This document shows, in pieces, positions 19,027 through 29,670 of a stretch of DNA of 64,000 nucleotides; position 1 is the stretch's first letter, and every line of letters begins with the position of its first letter. The notes under the pieces were generated by a model. The model did not search any database, was not told the origin of the DNA, and saw only the letters and a list, made by a program, of their open reading frames with translations. The position numbers and the translations under genes were made by a program. The stretch is from Opitutia bacterium (GTDB lineage Bacteria; Verrucomicrobiota; Verrucomicrobiia; Opitutales; T3Sed10-336). Location: positions 11,656 to 75,655 of the forward strand of contig PWMU01000050.1 of assembly GCA_003558065.1 (NCBI GenBank), written 5' to 3'.

Positions 19027-20519
19027 TCCGGGTCCGTTTCGTCGTCGTGATCATCGTCATCCTCATCATCGTCACCGAAAAAATTCATCCATAATAGTCT
19101 CAGGCCCTCCTCCTGATGGTAGCCGAGCAGCCCTTTCAACAGCTCGGCGCCCCGGTTCTCGTCCTCCTTTTCGACCGTGAGCAGAGGGCCGAGGTTGAGG
19201 CGGTAATCATCCGCCCGTCTTTGCCAGGTCAGCAACTTAAAAAGTAAAGAGTGGCGGGAACGTTCCTCGGTTTCGTCGATGTCCCTTTGATAGAGAGCGA
19301 ACAGCGGGCTGTAATTGTGCCGGACGACCCGGTTGTGCTGGAAGAAGACCTCCAGCGGGCTTATAACCTGGGTTTGCCGCCTCCCGGCGCCGTCGTCCCA
19401 ATGGCTGACAATCGGCCAAAGATGCTGTCTGCGTGCGGGTTTCGCATCCGGACGGGCGGGATCGGACTGGCGAAGGGACCAGTAGAGAAAGTAGAGGAAC
19501 TGGGTTCTATCCTCAATCAGGCCGCGATTGGCCGTTTTCTCGTTGCGGTAAAACGGCCACAGGATCCATTGCCGATCGCGGTGGCGCCGGATCGACCGGG
19601 TGTAGAACGGCGCGATACGATTGGTGTACTGGTTCTCGCCCCGCCGCTGGACCACCAGCGGCCAGAAGTAACGGAGCTCGCTGTATTCGGGATCGGTGCT
19701 GTGGGTGTAGCCGAAGAACGGCCAGACAAAAGTCTGGCTCTCCGCGGTCTCCGAACGGGACCGGGTGTAGAAGGGGAGGATGCCGAACGCTTCAAAGGGC
19801 TCGTCTTTCCACAGTTCGCGCCGGACGCTGTAGCTGAAGGGCCAGAGGATGTAGCGACGATCGAACTCGTCTTCAACCCACCGCCGGCCGTAAAAGGGCC
19901 AGAATTCAAACCCGCCGGCGTCCTCGCCCCGGTAGGTCTTGATGAAAGGCCAGGGAGCCAGAGTCAGAATCCGTTCGTTCCTTTCCACCCGTATGTAAAG
20001 AGGAAAGAGGATCCAGCGGAACCGGTCCTGGCCGAACAGGGGCTGGACGTCGCCGTATAACGGCATAATGCCGAATGAAGCATCCCTGGGGCGCGGGCCC
20101 CGGCCGTAAAAAAACAGGGGGGAGAGGCGCAGATTGACGACCGAGTCTTCTCCGCCGGCCTCGCTGGATCGTTGAGTCCGATTGTAGTGGAGGAGCGTGA
20201 GAACGTCCCAGGAGTGGCCCGCGTGGCGGCGCCGGTAATTGAAAAGGGGGTAGAGAACATGGAAATCCCCGCGGTCATACTGGTCGTCGAAAGCGATGTA
20301 GAACGGGCGAACGCCGCTGATCCGTTCGTCGTTGGCTTCGCGGGAAAATATGAGGGGGCCGGCCGCCTGCCAGTGGTCGAAGCCTTCGTCCACCTCCTGC
20401 TGTTCGCCTACAAAGGCAGGCCAGAGATTTTTCTCCGGAATCAGTCCTCCAAGGGCGGACGTGGACATGAGCCAAATCACGAAAACGGACAGGACATTTT
20501 GAAGCCGGAGACGCTGCAT
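19023..20519 (-). CDS. Secreted WPF-repeat protein of unknown function, first gene of the mla operon
   Basis: ATG 20519 gives MQRLRLQNVLSVFVIWLMSTSALGG (signal). There are about 15 repeats of hydrophobic-(W/L/S)-P-(F/L)-(F/Y), for example ILWPFSY, FVWPFFG, YFWPLVV, ILWPFYR. Acidic tail FFGDDDEDDDDHDDETDPE. 4-nt overlap with mlaE. Confidence 0.6.
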   Translation of the reverse strand: MQRLRLQNVLSVFVIWLMSTSALGGLIPEKNLWPAFVGEQQEVDEGFDHWQAAGPLIFSREANDERISGVRPFYIAFDDQYDRGDFHVLYPLFNYRRRHAGHSWDVLTLLHYNRTQRSSEAGGEDSVVNLRLSPLFFYGRGPRPRDASFGIMPLYGDVQPLFGQDRFRWILFPLYIRVERNERILTLAPWPFIKTYRGEDAGGFEFWPFYGRRWVEDEFDRRYILWPFSYSVRRELWKDEPFEAFGILPFYTRSRSETAESQTFVWPFFGYTHSTDPEYSELRYFWPLVVQRRGENQYTNRIAPFYTRSIRRHRDRQWILWPFYRNEKTANRGLIEDRTQFLYFLYWSLRQSDPARPDAKPARRQHLWPIVSHWDDGAGRRQTQVISPLEVFFQHNRVVRHNYSPLFALYQRDIDETEERSRHSLLFKLLTWQRRADDYRLNLGPLLTVEKEDENRGAELLKGLLGYHQEEGLRLLWMNFFGDDDEDDDDHDDETDPE

Positions 20520-20714
20520 GGATTGCTGAAGCAATGACAGGATTGCATTGACCCGAGTCAAGCAAACGGAAAAGTTGGGATGATTGCGAAAAAAGGGGGC
20601 TTTGGCCAGCCATTTTAACGGGTGTAAGCGGCTGGCGCTCAAAAGCCGGCCGCGGGAAACTCGGGAGGAAAAACGCGCCGAATGCCTCGTTCGCCTCATC
20701 GGATCCAGAAGAAC

Positions 20715-21284
20715 ATGCGAATTACCGGAGGCCAGGCGCGCGGAATCGCTCTGAAGTCGCCCAGGGGGCGGGCTGTCAGGCCGGCCACCGATCGGATGAG
20801 GGAGGCGGTGTTTTCCAGTCTCGCGGACCGGGTGGCGGGGCGGCGTTTTCTCGACCTGTTTGCGGGGACCGGCGCTTACGGGCTCGAAGCCCTGAGCCGG
20901 GGTGCTGCCGGCGGTGTCTTCGTCGAGCGCAGCCGTCCGGCCGTTGCCGCGCTGAGGGAGAACCTCGACGCCGTCCGGCGCAGCATGGGCCCGGGCGGCG
21001 CTGACTTGCCGGTCCGGGTGTACTGCCGGGATGTTCTGTCGTGGTGTCCCGCAGAGGAGGAACGCGCCGATCTCGTGTTTGCCGACCCTCCGTACAGCGA
21101 GATGGAGAAGTGCCTGTCCGGATTGGCCGGGCGGCTGGACAAGTTTCTTCTGTCGGACAGCGAGCCCCTGCTGGTTCTTGAAAGCCCCGGCGGAACCCCG
21201 GCAACCCTGCCCGGTTGGCGTTGCGTCAAAACACTCGGCAAAGGGACAGGTCAGCCGACTTGCGGGTTGTGGGTTCGGGGGTGA
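20715..21284 (+). CDS. rsmD: 16S rRNA (guanine-N2)-methyltransferase RsmD
   Basis: MRITGGQARG...RPATDRMREAVFSSL...FLDLFAGTGAYGLEALSRGA...VFADPPY. ATG 20715 is preferred over track start 20682. Confidence 0.8.
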   Translation: MRITGGQARGIALKSPRGRAVRPATDRMREAVFSSLADRVAGRRFLDLFAGTGAYGLEALSRGAAGGVFVERSRPAVAALRENLDAVRRSMGPGGADLPVRVYCRDVLSWCPAEEERADLVFADPPYSEMEKCLSGLAGRLDKFLLSDSEPLLVLESPGGTPATLPGWRCVKTLGKGTGQPTCGLWVRG

Positions 21285-21285
21285 G

Positions 21286-21320
21286 GAGAAAGTTCAAAGG
21301 ATCAATGTTTGAAGTGAGCG
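21286..21320. repeat. Third copy of the AAAGTT(G/C)AAAGG purine-rich motif, with a TTCAAA/TTTGAA inverted repeat
   Basis: gagaaagttcaaaggatcaatgtttgaagtgagcg, between the convergent rsmD and nadC genes. Confidence 0.4.
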
Positions 21321-21359
21321 GTGGTGTGGCAATTCACCGCAACCGGACGCACGCCATGC

Positions 21360-22286
21360 CTACTCTTCCCAATCCAGACCGATGTCCCTCCAGGTGCTCT
21401 GGTGAGTGAGGGCGCCGCAGGAAATGAAATCGAGGCCGAGTTGTCCCAGCTCAGGAAGGTTGTCGAGGTGAATGCCGCCGCTGGCTTCGGTGGCGCATTT
21501 TCCGCCGATCTCGGAAACGGAGGCCTTCAACTGAGCCGCATTGAAATTGTCCAGCAGGATCACGTCGGCGCCGGCTTCAATCGCAAACGGGATCTGTTCG
21601 GGACGATCCACCTCGATTTCCACGACCAGGTCCGGACGCTCGCCCGCGATTTTGCGAATCCGTTCCATCAACGCCGCGCCCCCGGCCGCGAGGTGATTGT
21701 CCTTGATCATCATCCGGTCGAAAAGTCCGATCCGGTGATTCCAGCCGCCGCCGCAGGCGACGGCGTATTTTTCAAGGACGCGAAACGCGGGGGTGGTCTT
21801 GCGGGTGTCGAGAAGGCGGGTTTTTGAATCGCCGAGGTCCTCGACGTGGCGGCGCGTGTGGGTAGCGATGCCGGAAAGGTGCTGGAGGAAGTTCAAAAGG
21901 ACCCGTTCCGCGGTAAGAAGGGTGGCGAGGTCGCCGCGAAGGACGGCGATTTCCCCGCCGGGATCGACGAGCTGTCCGTCCGTCACGCGCGTTTCGATGT
22001 CCGGCGGGTTGTGCGGATTGTAGGCCTTCAAGACGAGCGGAACGAGTGGGATTCCGCAGACCCGCAACGCCTCGCGCGCGACGAGGCGGGCCCGCCCGCT
22101 TTTCCCCGGAATCAGCGTTTCCGTGGTTACGTCGCCGGCTTTCGCCGGTCCCGCAGCCAGTCCGGCGCCGCCCAGGTCCTCGTCCCGCGCCAGCCCGATG
22201 AGGCGTTCCAGATGCCCCTCGTCGAGGTCGCTCCAGCGAAGTCTGCCGCAAAGCGGTTTATCGGATCCTGCTGCGTCGGCGGGCAT
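21360..22286 (-). CDS. nadC: Nicotinate-nucleotide diphosphorylase (carboxylating), NadC
   Basis: LLTAERVLLNFLQHLSGIAT...LDTRKTTPAFRVLEKYAVACGGGWNHRIGLFD..MIKDNH. Confidence 0.85.
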   Translation of the reverse strand: MPADAAGSDKPLCGRLRWSDLDEGHLERLIGLARDEDLGGAGLAAGPAKAGDVTTETLIPGKSGRARLVAREALRVCGIPLVPLVLKAYNPHNPPDIETRVTDGQLVDPGGEIAVLRGDLATLLTAERVLLNFLQHLSGIATHTRRHVEDLGDSKTRLLDTRKTTPAFRVLEKYAVACGGGWNHRIGLFDRMMIKDNHLAAGGAALMERIRKIAGERPDLVVEIEVDRPEQIPFAIEAGADVILLDNFNAAQLKASVSEIGGKCATEASGGIHLDNLPELGQLGLDFISCGALTHQSTWRDIGLDWEE

Positions 22287-22500
22287 GGTTTATGAGAGAG
22301 AATCTGCGGAAATTGTCCCAGCCGTCACCTGATTGGGAGTGTGACGAGGATCTTGAAGGCAGAGTCGGTTAACGTCATTAAAATATTATATCCGTTTTCA
22401 ACCACTTGGATTTGATTCGGAAAATAAAAGAGAAGAAACAGATTCACGATTAGAGAACTCTTTTTCCTTCCTGCTCCGCGTGCTTCTCCACGATCGACTG

Positions 22501-23622
22501 CTAGCCGTCACTGTCCGCCTCCCCTTCGGCGGCGATCAATTCGTCCACCCACTTCCTGTGCGGGCCGGAGAGGGTGATGCCGTTCAGGCGGTCCAGGGGG
22601 ATCCATTCCAGGCCGGAGCCGGCGGATAACGGCACCTTCCTTCCGCGAGGCGGGGAGTAACGGTGGATCGTTTCTGTGATCCGGTAGCGGGTGATGCTTC
22701 GTTTCCTCCTGAGGAGGATCGGGCCGAGGCTTTCGGTGTCGCCGGCCTCCAGGCCGAGGAGCTGCGCGTCCGGCAATTCGTACAGGTCGGCGAGACGCCG
22801 GGCGGTGCCGGAAGCGCGGTGCAGCAGGAGCGAATTGTCGCGGCGGCACCAGAGTCGGGGAACTTCCACCCGGGTTACTTTTTTTGCCGCGAGTACCGGG
22901 TGTTTTTCGGGGTCGCCCCCTTGTCCGGCCCGGCAAAACCGGAGCAGCGGGCACGTTGTGCACAGCGGTTTCGTCCGGAAACAGACCGTGGCTCCCAACT
23001 CCATCATGGCCTGGTTGTGGTCGCCGGGACGGGCGGGGTCGAGAAGCGCGGCCGCCGTCGCCGTATAAGCCCGCGCGGCCGCACCGCCATCCCGGAACTC
23101 CGTATCGTCGGAATGAATACGGGAGAGTATGCGGACCACGTTGCCGTCGACGCACGCGGCGCGGGCGCCGAACGCGATGCTTGTTACCGCCGCCGCGGTG
23201 TAGGGGCCCACGCCGGGCAGCTCGCGCCAGGCCTCTGGGGTTTCCGGCATCGACTTCCTCCCGGAGAGCTTCTCGGCCAGCCGGCGCAGGTTGCGTGCCC
23301 GGTTGTAATAACCGAGACCCTCCCAGTGCTTGAGCACGTCACTTTCCCGGGCGTTCGCCAAAGTCTCGAAATCCGGAAACCGCTTCATCCATCGCTCGAA
23401 GTAAGGCAGCACTGTGCTCACCTGGGTCTGCTGCAGCATGAACTCGGAAACCACGGTCCGGTACAGCGACGGCTCCTCCCGCCACGGGAACGCCCGCCGG
23501 TGTCGAGGGTACCACGACAGCAGAGAGCGGCGGAAATTTTTAACCTGTGTTTCCGTGAACTCGATGACTGCCAGCAAGGAGGATGGTTCCAGTTCTGGCA
23601 AGGCGTTATGGCGCTCTGGCAT
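22501..23622 (-). CDS. mutY: A/G-specific adenine DNA glycosylase MutY
   Basis: FPWREEPSLYRTVVSEFMLQQTQV. HhH-GPD region. 4Fe-4S cysteines CFRTKPLCTTCPLLRFC. C-terminal NUDIX-like domain. Confidence 0.85.
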   Translation of the reverse strand: MPERHNALPELEPSSLLAVIEFTETQVKNFRRSLLSWYPRHRRAFPWREEPSLYRTVVSEFMLQQTQVSTVLPYFERWMKRFPDFETLANARESDVLKHWEGLGYYNRARNLRRLAEKLSGRKSMPETPEAWRELPGVGPYTAAAVTSIAFGARAACVDGNVVRILSRIHSDDTEFRDGGAAARAYTATAAALLDPARPGDHNQAMMELGATVCFRTKPLCTTCPLLRFCRAGQGGDPEKHPVLAAKKVTRVEVPRLWCRRDNSLLLHRASGTARRLADLYELPDAQLLGLEAGDTESLGPILLRRKRSITRYRITETIHRYSPPRGRKVPLSAGSGLEWIPLDRLNGITLSGPHRKWVDELIAAEGEADSDG

Positions 23623-23666
23623 TTTCTCATGGCAATTGCGGAACGGAGCATTAGAGTCAGACCATT

Positions 23667-25289
23667 ATGAACGTACCTGACAGAACAACCCGCTCCGGCA
23701 CGTGCCGCCGGTTGAATGAAGTTCCATCTTTACCCTTGCGGGGTCGCCGTTCCGGATTCAAAGGAGGGGCGGGGCTCAGCGGGGGGCTTGTCCTTTTAGC
23801 GGTGGTCGCGGGGATGTTTTTCATGTCCGGCCCGGGTGCCGCGGACGCGGCGGACGAATCCTCCGCCAGCCGGAGCCTCGTGATCATTGTCGACGGACTG
23901 CGGCCGGACTACGTGACTCCGGAAATCATGCCGAACGTGCACGCCATGGGCGAGCGTGGTGTGGTCGGTGAACAGTCGTTCGCGGTGTTCCCGTCGTTTA
24001 CCCGGCCCAACCGGGTTTCCATTCCGACCGGGAGTTATCCTCGCACCCACGGACTGGTTCACAATCACCTTTACCACCCGGACCTGGAGGATCCGGTTCA
24101 CACCAGCCGTCCGGCCCAGATGGCGGAGCTGGAGGCCGTTTCGGGAACGCCGATGGTGACGGCCGAAACGCTCGGCGAGATGCTCGACGAACACGGCGAC
24201 CGGTTGCTGGCGCTGGGGAATTCGTGCTGGTTGATGAATCACCTGAAGAAAGGAAAAGGGTACTGGGAGCCGGGCGGCCGTTTCAGTTCGGAGGCGGCGA
24301 AAGCTGAGGTGACCGCGGCGATCGGCGATCCGCCGAGCGGCGGGCGCGGTCCGGCCCGAACCGAGTGGGAGGCCGACAGTTACCTTTACGATTCGCTGGG
24401 CGACGATCCGGCGGAAGTGGTTTTGATGTGGATGGGTGAACCGGATGCCGCCGGTCATGCCCACGGCGTCGGAGCCCCCAAAACCCTGGAGGCGCTCGCG
24501 AGTGTGGATAGGCACATTGGTCGCATTCTGGACAAACACGAGGAGCACGGCCTGACCGACGAGGTCAACATCTTCATCACCAGCGACCACGGGTTCACCC
24601 AGAACGAGGGCACGCTGAGTTTCGGCGCCCTCATGGCCGAGGCGGACCTCGGCGATCACGCTCACCGGCAGTCCAACATGATCTGGATAAAGAGCGGGGA
24701 ATACGATCACTTTCAGCGCATGGTCGAAGTACTGCAACGCGACCGGCAGGTGGGCAACGTGTACACCCGGCCGAAGAACGAGGGCGACGTTCACGGAAAA
24801 GTCCCCGGAACATTGTCGACCGATCTGATCCAATGGACCCACGAGCGAAGCAGCGACATCATTTTCACGCCGGCCTGGAGTGACGACGTGAACGAATACG
24901 GCTGGCACGGGGTCACCACCCGTCGCGGTACGGCCACGCACGGTTCGGACAGTCCCTTCGACATGCACATTCCGCTGATTGCCTTTGGCCCCGACATCAA
25001 GGAAGGCGTACGCAGTCGTGTGCCGACCGGCAATGTGGACTTCGTCCCGACGATCCTGCACCTCCGCGGTCTCGACGTTCCGGACGGTCTTGACGGCCGA
25101 GTCATGCACGAGATCCTGCGCGGCGGACCCGATCCGGATGAAATTGAATACACCCGCGAAATTCATCGCGACTCGGTGTTTTACGACGACGGATTTGGTT
25201 ATGAGGCGGCCATGGAAACCTTTACGGTCGACGGCACCATTTACCTGCGCGGCGCCCAGACCCGTCGCACGGGCCGCAGTTCCGAGTGA
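23667..25289 (+). CDS. Secreted alkaline-phosphatase-superfamily enzyme (type I phosphodiesterase / nucleotide pyrophosphatase family)
   Basis: VIIVDGLRPDYV...FPSFTRPNRVSIPTGSYPRTHGLVHN, GEPDAAGHAHG, ITSDHG. The antisense 583-aa ORF was rejected. Confidence 0.75.
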   Translation: MNVPDRTTRSGTCRRLNEVPSLPLRGRRSGFKGGAGLSGGLVLLAVVAGMFFMSGPGAADAADESSASRSLVIIVDGLRPDYVTPEIMPNVHAMGERGVVGEQSFAVFPSFTRPNRVSIPTGSYPRTHGLVHNHLYHPDLEDPVHTSRPAQMAELEAVSGTPMVTAETLGEMLDEHGDRLLALGNSCWLMNHLKKGKGYWEPGGRFSSEAAKAEVTAAIGDPPSGGRGPARTEWEADSYLYDSLGDDPAEVVLMWMGEPDAAGHAHGVGAPKTLEALASVDRHIGRILDKHEEHGLTDEVNIFITSDHGFTQNEGTLSFGALMAEADLGDHAHRQSNMIWIKSGEYDHFQRMVEVLQRDRQVGNVYTRPKNEGDVHGKVPGTLSTDLIQWTHERSSDIIFTPAWSDDVNEYGWHGVTTRRGTATHGSDSPFDMHIPLIAFGPDIKEGVRSRVPTGNVDFVPTILHLRGLDVPDGLDGRVMHEILRGGPDPDEIEYTREIHRDSVFYDDGFGYEAAMETFTVDGTIYLRGAQTRRTGRSSE

Positions 25290-25404
25290 GGTCGCGTTGC
25301 CTCCCCTTGCGGGCGGTTGGCACTCGGTTGTGCCGAAATGTTGCGCGTTCTGCGGAGAGAAACACGGTCCCAGGGCCTGATCCCATTCCGACACCCGGAA
25401 CGAA

Positions 25405-26421
25405 GTGACTCCAGGCTTGTCATTCACCTTTCCCCTTGGAAGGTTGGGAGGCATGAAGGCATTGACTTTATATGCGAAGCTCGCCGGTTGCGCGGATGAC
25501 CGGATGCGGGATTTTCCGTCTGCCGGTTTTCGTGAATGTTCGCGCAATAAAGGCGGCGAACTTTCGGCCGGGTCGTTCTTGAGGAGTTGTCAGGTAATTG
25601 CAGCCTGCTCGGTGACGTTGTTTTATATCGACATTCCGGTCCTGGGAGCGGAAGAGGTGCCGGAAGCTGATGGCGCGACGGGTATCAAGGAGGATTTTTC
25701 TCGTGGTTGGGACCACTGGCATTGGGAGGAACCCCCGGGAGCGACCATCGAATTGGACGACGGCGCTCTCTTTATCGATACGCGCGAAGGCCAGCATCGG
25801 CCCGGCGGGCTGGAAGGGCTGAACCTGTGGCATCCGACGCCGCTCGCGGACGACTGGGTGATGGAATGGGATATCGAACCCGTGGCGCCGAAGCCGGAAG
25901 GCGAGGAACCGGGCAATCTGCTGTTTATGTTCAATTACCGGTATGAGGACGAGCAACGGGATATCATCAACGACGGTGATGAGCGTACCGGCCACTATAC
26001 CTGGTTGCACCACAGGGAGGCGGCGGTCGAGCGGCATAAGGAGCTCACCGGAACCGAGCCGGTTGCGATGCGCGGCCATACTATCACTTACTACCGGATC
26101 AATCCGAGAGAGGAGTCGCCCTACCGAATCATCGTGCGGAAAAATCCGGGTTTCCACTTGATGGACGAACGTTCCCAGACAGTCGACGATGTCTGGAATC
26201 ACCGTCACACGGTGCGCATCGTGAAGCGCGGTGACACGTACCGCTTTTATCAGGGCGACCGGGAGGAACCTGAAGTCGAGTATGAGGACAGCAGCGAGTA
26301 CGGCGGCCTGGCGAGGGAAGGCTATTTCGGCATCCGCGTGTGGGAGGCGGCGGTGAAGGTCCACGGTGTCGCCATTCGTCCGCTTGAGAATGAGGACGGT
26401 GGGGAGCCCCTGACAAAGTGA
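25405..26421 (+). CDS. Hypothetical protein, concanavalin-like (DUF1961-like?) domain; start uncertain
   Basis: Composition is consistent with coding. [44 protein letters not shown] and [19 protein letters not shown] recall DUF1961 lectin/glucanase-fold proteins (low certainty). A TTG or ATG start further in is possible. Confidence 0.45.
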   Translation: MTPGLSFTFPLGRLGGMKALTLYAKLAGCADDRMRDFPSAGFRECSRNKGGELSAGSFLRSCQVIAACSVTLFYIDIPVLGAEEVPEADGATGIKEDFSRGWDHWHWEEPPGATIELDDGALFIDTREGQHRPGGLEGLNLWHPTPLADDWVMEWDIEPVAPKPEGEEPGNLLFMFNYRYEDEQRDIINDGDERTGHYTWLHHREAAVERHKELTGTEPVAMRGHTITYYRINPREESPYRIIVRKNPGFHLMDERSQTVDDVWNHRHTVRIVKRGDTYRFYQGDREEPEVEYEDSSEYGGLAREGYFGIRVWEAAVKVHGVAIRPLENEDGGEPLTK

Positions 26422-26518
26422 ATCTTTTCCCGCCCGGCGAAGCCGGTGTCGCCGGGTCGGGCTGGACCCAACTTTGGCGTTGCCGGGCTGGGCATGTGCG
26501 GTCATCATTCGCTCCCTT

Positions 26519-27928
26519 ATGGCCAACGAGCAACAGGCGACCTGGGGCGGGCGGTTCTCGGAGGAACCGGCGGAATTGATGCTGAAGTTCAGCGAATCGG
26601 TTTCCTTCGATGCGCGCCTGGCGCTCTACGATTTGCGCGTAAATCGGGCGCATTCCGCGATGCTCTGCCGGATGGGGATTTTGAGCGCGGCGGAGCGGGA
26701 CGCGATTCATGCCGGGCTTGACCGGTTGGAGGAGCGCATCGGCGAGGGGGATGTGACGTGGGACATCCGTTACGAGGACGTCCACATGAACCTGGAGCAG
26801 GTGCTCACCCGCGAGGTTCCCGAGGCGGCCAAGCTGCACACCGCCCGCAGCCGGAACGATCAGATCGCGACCGATATGCGCCTCTATTTCAAGGACGCCT
26901 GCCGGGAGATCGGCGAAAAACTGACCGGGCTGCTCGGTGTGATCGTCGAACTGGCGGAGCGGGAGCGCGAAGTGCTTGTGCCGGGGTACACGCATCTGCA
27001 GCGGGCCCAGCCGGTTTCGGTGGCGCATCATTTTCTGGCCTACGCCGAGATGTTCGAGCGCGACCGGCGACGTTTCGCGGCGGTGGCCGACGCGGCCAAC
27101 GCCTGTCCGCTTGGTTCCGGCGCCCTGGCGGGATCGACCCTGCCGCTCGACCGTGAGTTCGTGGCGGAGCAACTGGGCTTTGTCGATGCCGACGGAAAGG
27201 CTCGGTTGACCCGCAACAGTATGGACGCGATAAGCGACCGCGACCTGTTTCTCGACTTCGCCCAGGCCTGCGCGGTGTGCGGTGTGCATTTCTCGCGGGT
27301 GGCCGAGGACATGATCCTCTGGAGCAGCGCGGAGTTCGGGTTTGTCGATTTGCCGGACGCGTTTTGCACCGGTTCGAGTCTCATGCCGCAGAAGAAGAAT
27401 CCCGATGCCATGGAATTGCTGCGCGGCAAGGCGGGGCGGTTGCAGGGGAACGTGCAGGCGCTCTTCACCATGGTCAAAGGCCTGCCGCTGACCTACAACC
27501 GGGATCTCCAGGAGGACAAGCCGCCGGTGTTCGACAGTGGCGACCAGACCGCGCTGTGCCTGGAAGTGTTGGCGCGGACCCTGGCCGGGACGAAAGTCCG
27601 CGCGGCTGCTTGCCGGAAGGCGGTGTCCGATCCGCTCCTGCTGGTGACCGACGTCGTCGATTACCTCGTATTGAAAAAGGTGCCGTTTCGCGAAGCGCAC
27701 CACCTGGCGGGCAAGCTGGTGCGCCTGTCGGAGGAGGAGAACGTTCCGGTTAACCAGCTGCCGTTCAAAAAAGTGCAAGTCCTGCACGAAGCCTTTGAAG
27801 AGGATTGGACCGACGTATTCGATCTGGAACGGGCCATGCAAAAGCGTGCCGCAGTCGGAATGCCGGGCACGAAGCCGGTGGGCGACGAGATCGAGCGATG
27901 GAAAGCGCGGCTTGGGATCGCGGGATAA
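26519..27928 (+). CDS. argH: Argininosuccinate lyase
   Basis: [15 protein letters not shown]..., [35 protein letters not shown] 26519. The antisense 613-aa ORF was rejected. Confidence 0.9.
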   Translation: MANEQQATWGGRFSEEPAELMLKFSESVSFDARLALYDLRVNRAHSAMLCRMGILSAAERDAIHAGLDRLEERIGEGDVTWDIRYEDVHMNLEQVLTREVPEAAKLHTARSRNDQIATDMRLYFKDACREIGEKLTGLLGVIVELAEREREVLVPGYTHLQRAQPVSVAHHFLAYAEMFERDRRRFAAVADAANACPLGSGALAGSTLPLDREFVAEQLGFVDADGKARLTRNSMDAISDRDLFLDFAQACAVCGVHFSRVAEDMILWSSAEFGFVDLPDAFCTGSSLMPQKKNPDAMELLRGKAGRLQGNVQALFTMVKGLPLTYNRDLQEDKPPVFDSGDQTALCLEVLARTLAGTKVRAAACRKAVSDPLLLVTDVVDYLVLKKVPFREAHHLAGKLVRLSEEENVPVNQLPFKKVQVLHEAFEEDWTDVFDLERAMQKRAAVGMPGTKPVGDEIERWKARLGIAG

Positions 27929-28081
27929 ACCCGCTCCCGCGGGACAGGGCTCAAACCGCGGCTGCGGCAATCCGAAAGCTGCCGGCTTGACCGGGACCGC
28001 GGGAAATCCAATCGTGTTGGCTTTCGAAACCGGCCCGGGCGAATCCCGGGAGCGGTAGACGGGAGGGAATCAACAGGCATC

Positions 28082-29491
28082 ATGAGTGAAACCGAACAGA
28101 ATGAAGGGGCGAGTGCGGACGGCGGTTCGGGCGCGCCTTCATTGCGTTCCTTCCGCGCCGGACTGGCCTTTTCGTTCTTTAACGCGATGACCTGGCAAGT
28201 GGCCCTCGGAACGCCGCTGGTGCTCCTGGCGGAGCAGCTGGGGGCGACGGCGTTTCAGGTCGGGTTGCTGTACTCGTTTGTTTTCCTGATGACCCCGGTC
28301 CAGGTGCTTTCCACCGCGCTGCTGCCCCGCTTCGGGTTCAAGCGCGTGATGCTGGCCGGGTGGGGGGTTCGCAGCCTGTTCCTCGTTCCTCCGATCCTGC
28401 TGGCCCTGACCGACCTCGACGATCCCCAGCCCTGGAAGATCCGGGTACTGCTTTTGTCGATGTTTCTCTTTTGCCTGCTCCGGGCGGTGGGGAACGCCGC
28501 GTTTGTGCCGTGGCTTTATTCCATTCTGCCGGAGAAAGCCCGTGGCCGTTATTTCGCCAACGACCAGATTTTTGCCGGTATCGCCGGTCTGGGTACGCTG
28601 CTGACGGCTTCCCTCCTGTTCTTCTATCTATCCGAGGCGTCCGCCTTTTTCTGGCAGTTTTCGCTCGCCCTGCTCGGCGCGCTGCTCTGCTGGGTGGCCC
28701 TCAGCCGCCTGGCAGACGGTCCCCGGCCGCGGACCATCGGCCTCGCCCGCATCTTCCGCGATACCCCGGGATTTTGTTTCTCCCCCGGCCGGTTTCGGCA
28801 ATTTCTCTGGTTGAGCGTGGTCTTCGCGCTCTGCTCGGCCCCGATCCCGCCGTTCTGCGCGTACTACCTGAAGTCCATGACGCCGCTCGATCCGGCGCAG
28901 ATTATTCTGTTCACCATGGCCCAGTTCGCAGGGGCTATCGTATGCGCGCTGTTAATACGCGGAATCGTCGACCGTTTCGGGGCGCGCCCGTTCCTGCGGC
29001 TGGCGGTTTGTTTCTACATAACGGTGGCCGCGGTCTGGCTCGTCTACCTGCAGGTGGACGGCGGCTGGATCTGGGGACTGGTCCTGACCTACTTCATTCT
29101 CGGTCTCGGCGCGGCCTGCTGGGTCAACGGCAGCCTGAACTTCCTGCCCACTATGATGACCGAAGAAGACCGGCCGCTCATGGTCTCGATTTTCGGGGCC
29201 GTGACCGCCTTCGTTGCCGGCCTCTCACCGATTGTTTGGGGGTTCTTTCTCAAGGAAACCGACCAGGGGGTCGGCATGAATATTGCCGGCTTCAAGGCTT
29301 TCTTTGTTTTTGTGATCGTGATACAGCTCTTTCTTTTTTTCCGCCTCTCCCGCCTGCGCCAGGAAGGCGTTGAGGAAGGCCTCCTGTTTCTCGGCAGCGG
29401 CGCTTCCCTCCGCCCGACCCGCGCCTTTTCATTTCTCATCAATCTCGTGCTGCCCTCCGATGAAAAGCAGGAAGACCGGGAGGGGAAATGA
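28082..29491 (+). CDS. MFS transporter
   Basis: 469 aa with about 12 hydrophobic segments. Typical loop motif LLPRFGFKRVMLAG. Confidence 0.7.
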   Translation: MSETEQNEGASADGGSGAPSLRSFRAGLAFSFFNAMTWQVALGTPLVLLAEQLGATAFQVGLLYSFVFLMTPVQVLSTALLPRFGFKRVMLAGWGVRSLFLVPPILLALTDLDDPQPWKIRVLLLSMFLFCLLRAVGNAAFVPWLYSILPEKARGRYFANDQIFAGIAGLGTLLTASLLFFYLSEASAFFWQFSLALLGALLCWVALSRLADGPRPRTIGLARIFRDTPGFCFSPGRFRQFLWLSVVFALCSAPIPPFCAYYLKSMTPLDPAQIILFTMAQFAGAIVCALLIRGIVDRFGARPFLRLAVCFYITVAAVWLVYLQVDGGWIWGLVLTYFILGLGAACWVNGSLNFLPTMMTEEDRPLMVSIFGAVTAFVAGLSPIVWGFFLKETDQGVGMNIAGFKAFFVFVIVIQLFLFFRLSRLRQEGVEEGLLFLGSGASLRPTRAFSFLINLVLPSDEKQEDREGK

Positions 29492-29670
29492 GAGGCTCAA
29501 GCCGCCTTGTGGCTCGGGATGGGGCGCAGGTAAAGGGATTCGTGAAAGCGCCCGGCAGAAAAATCCATAAAGAATAGCCCGGGCCGGGAGTCGGTCAGCT
29601 TCTAGGTATTTCCATAGCGAAAATTGAAGTTGTCCGCTGAAGAATGCTTCGCAACACTCAATCGCACGTC

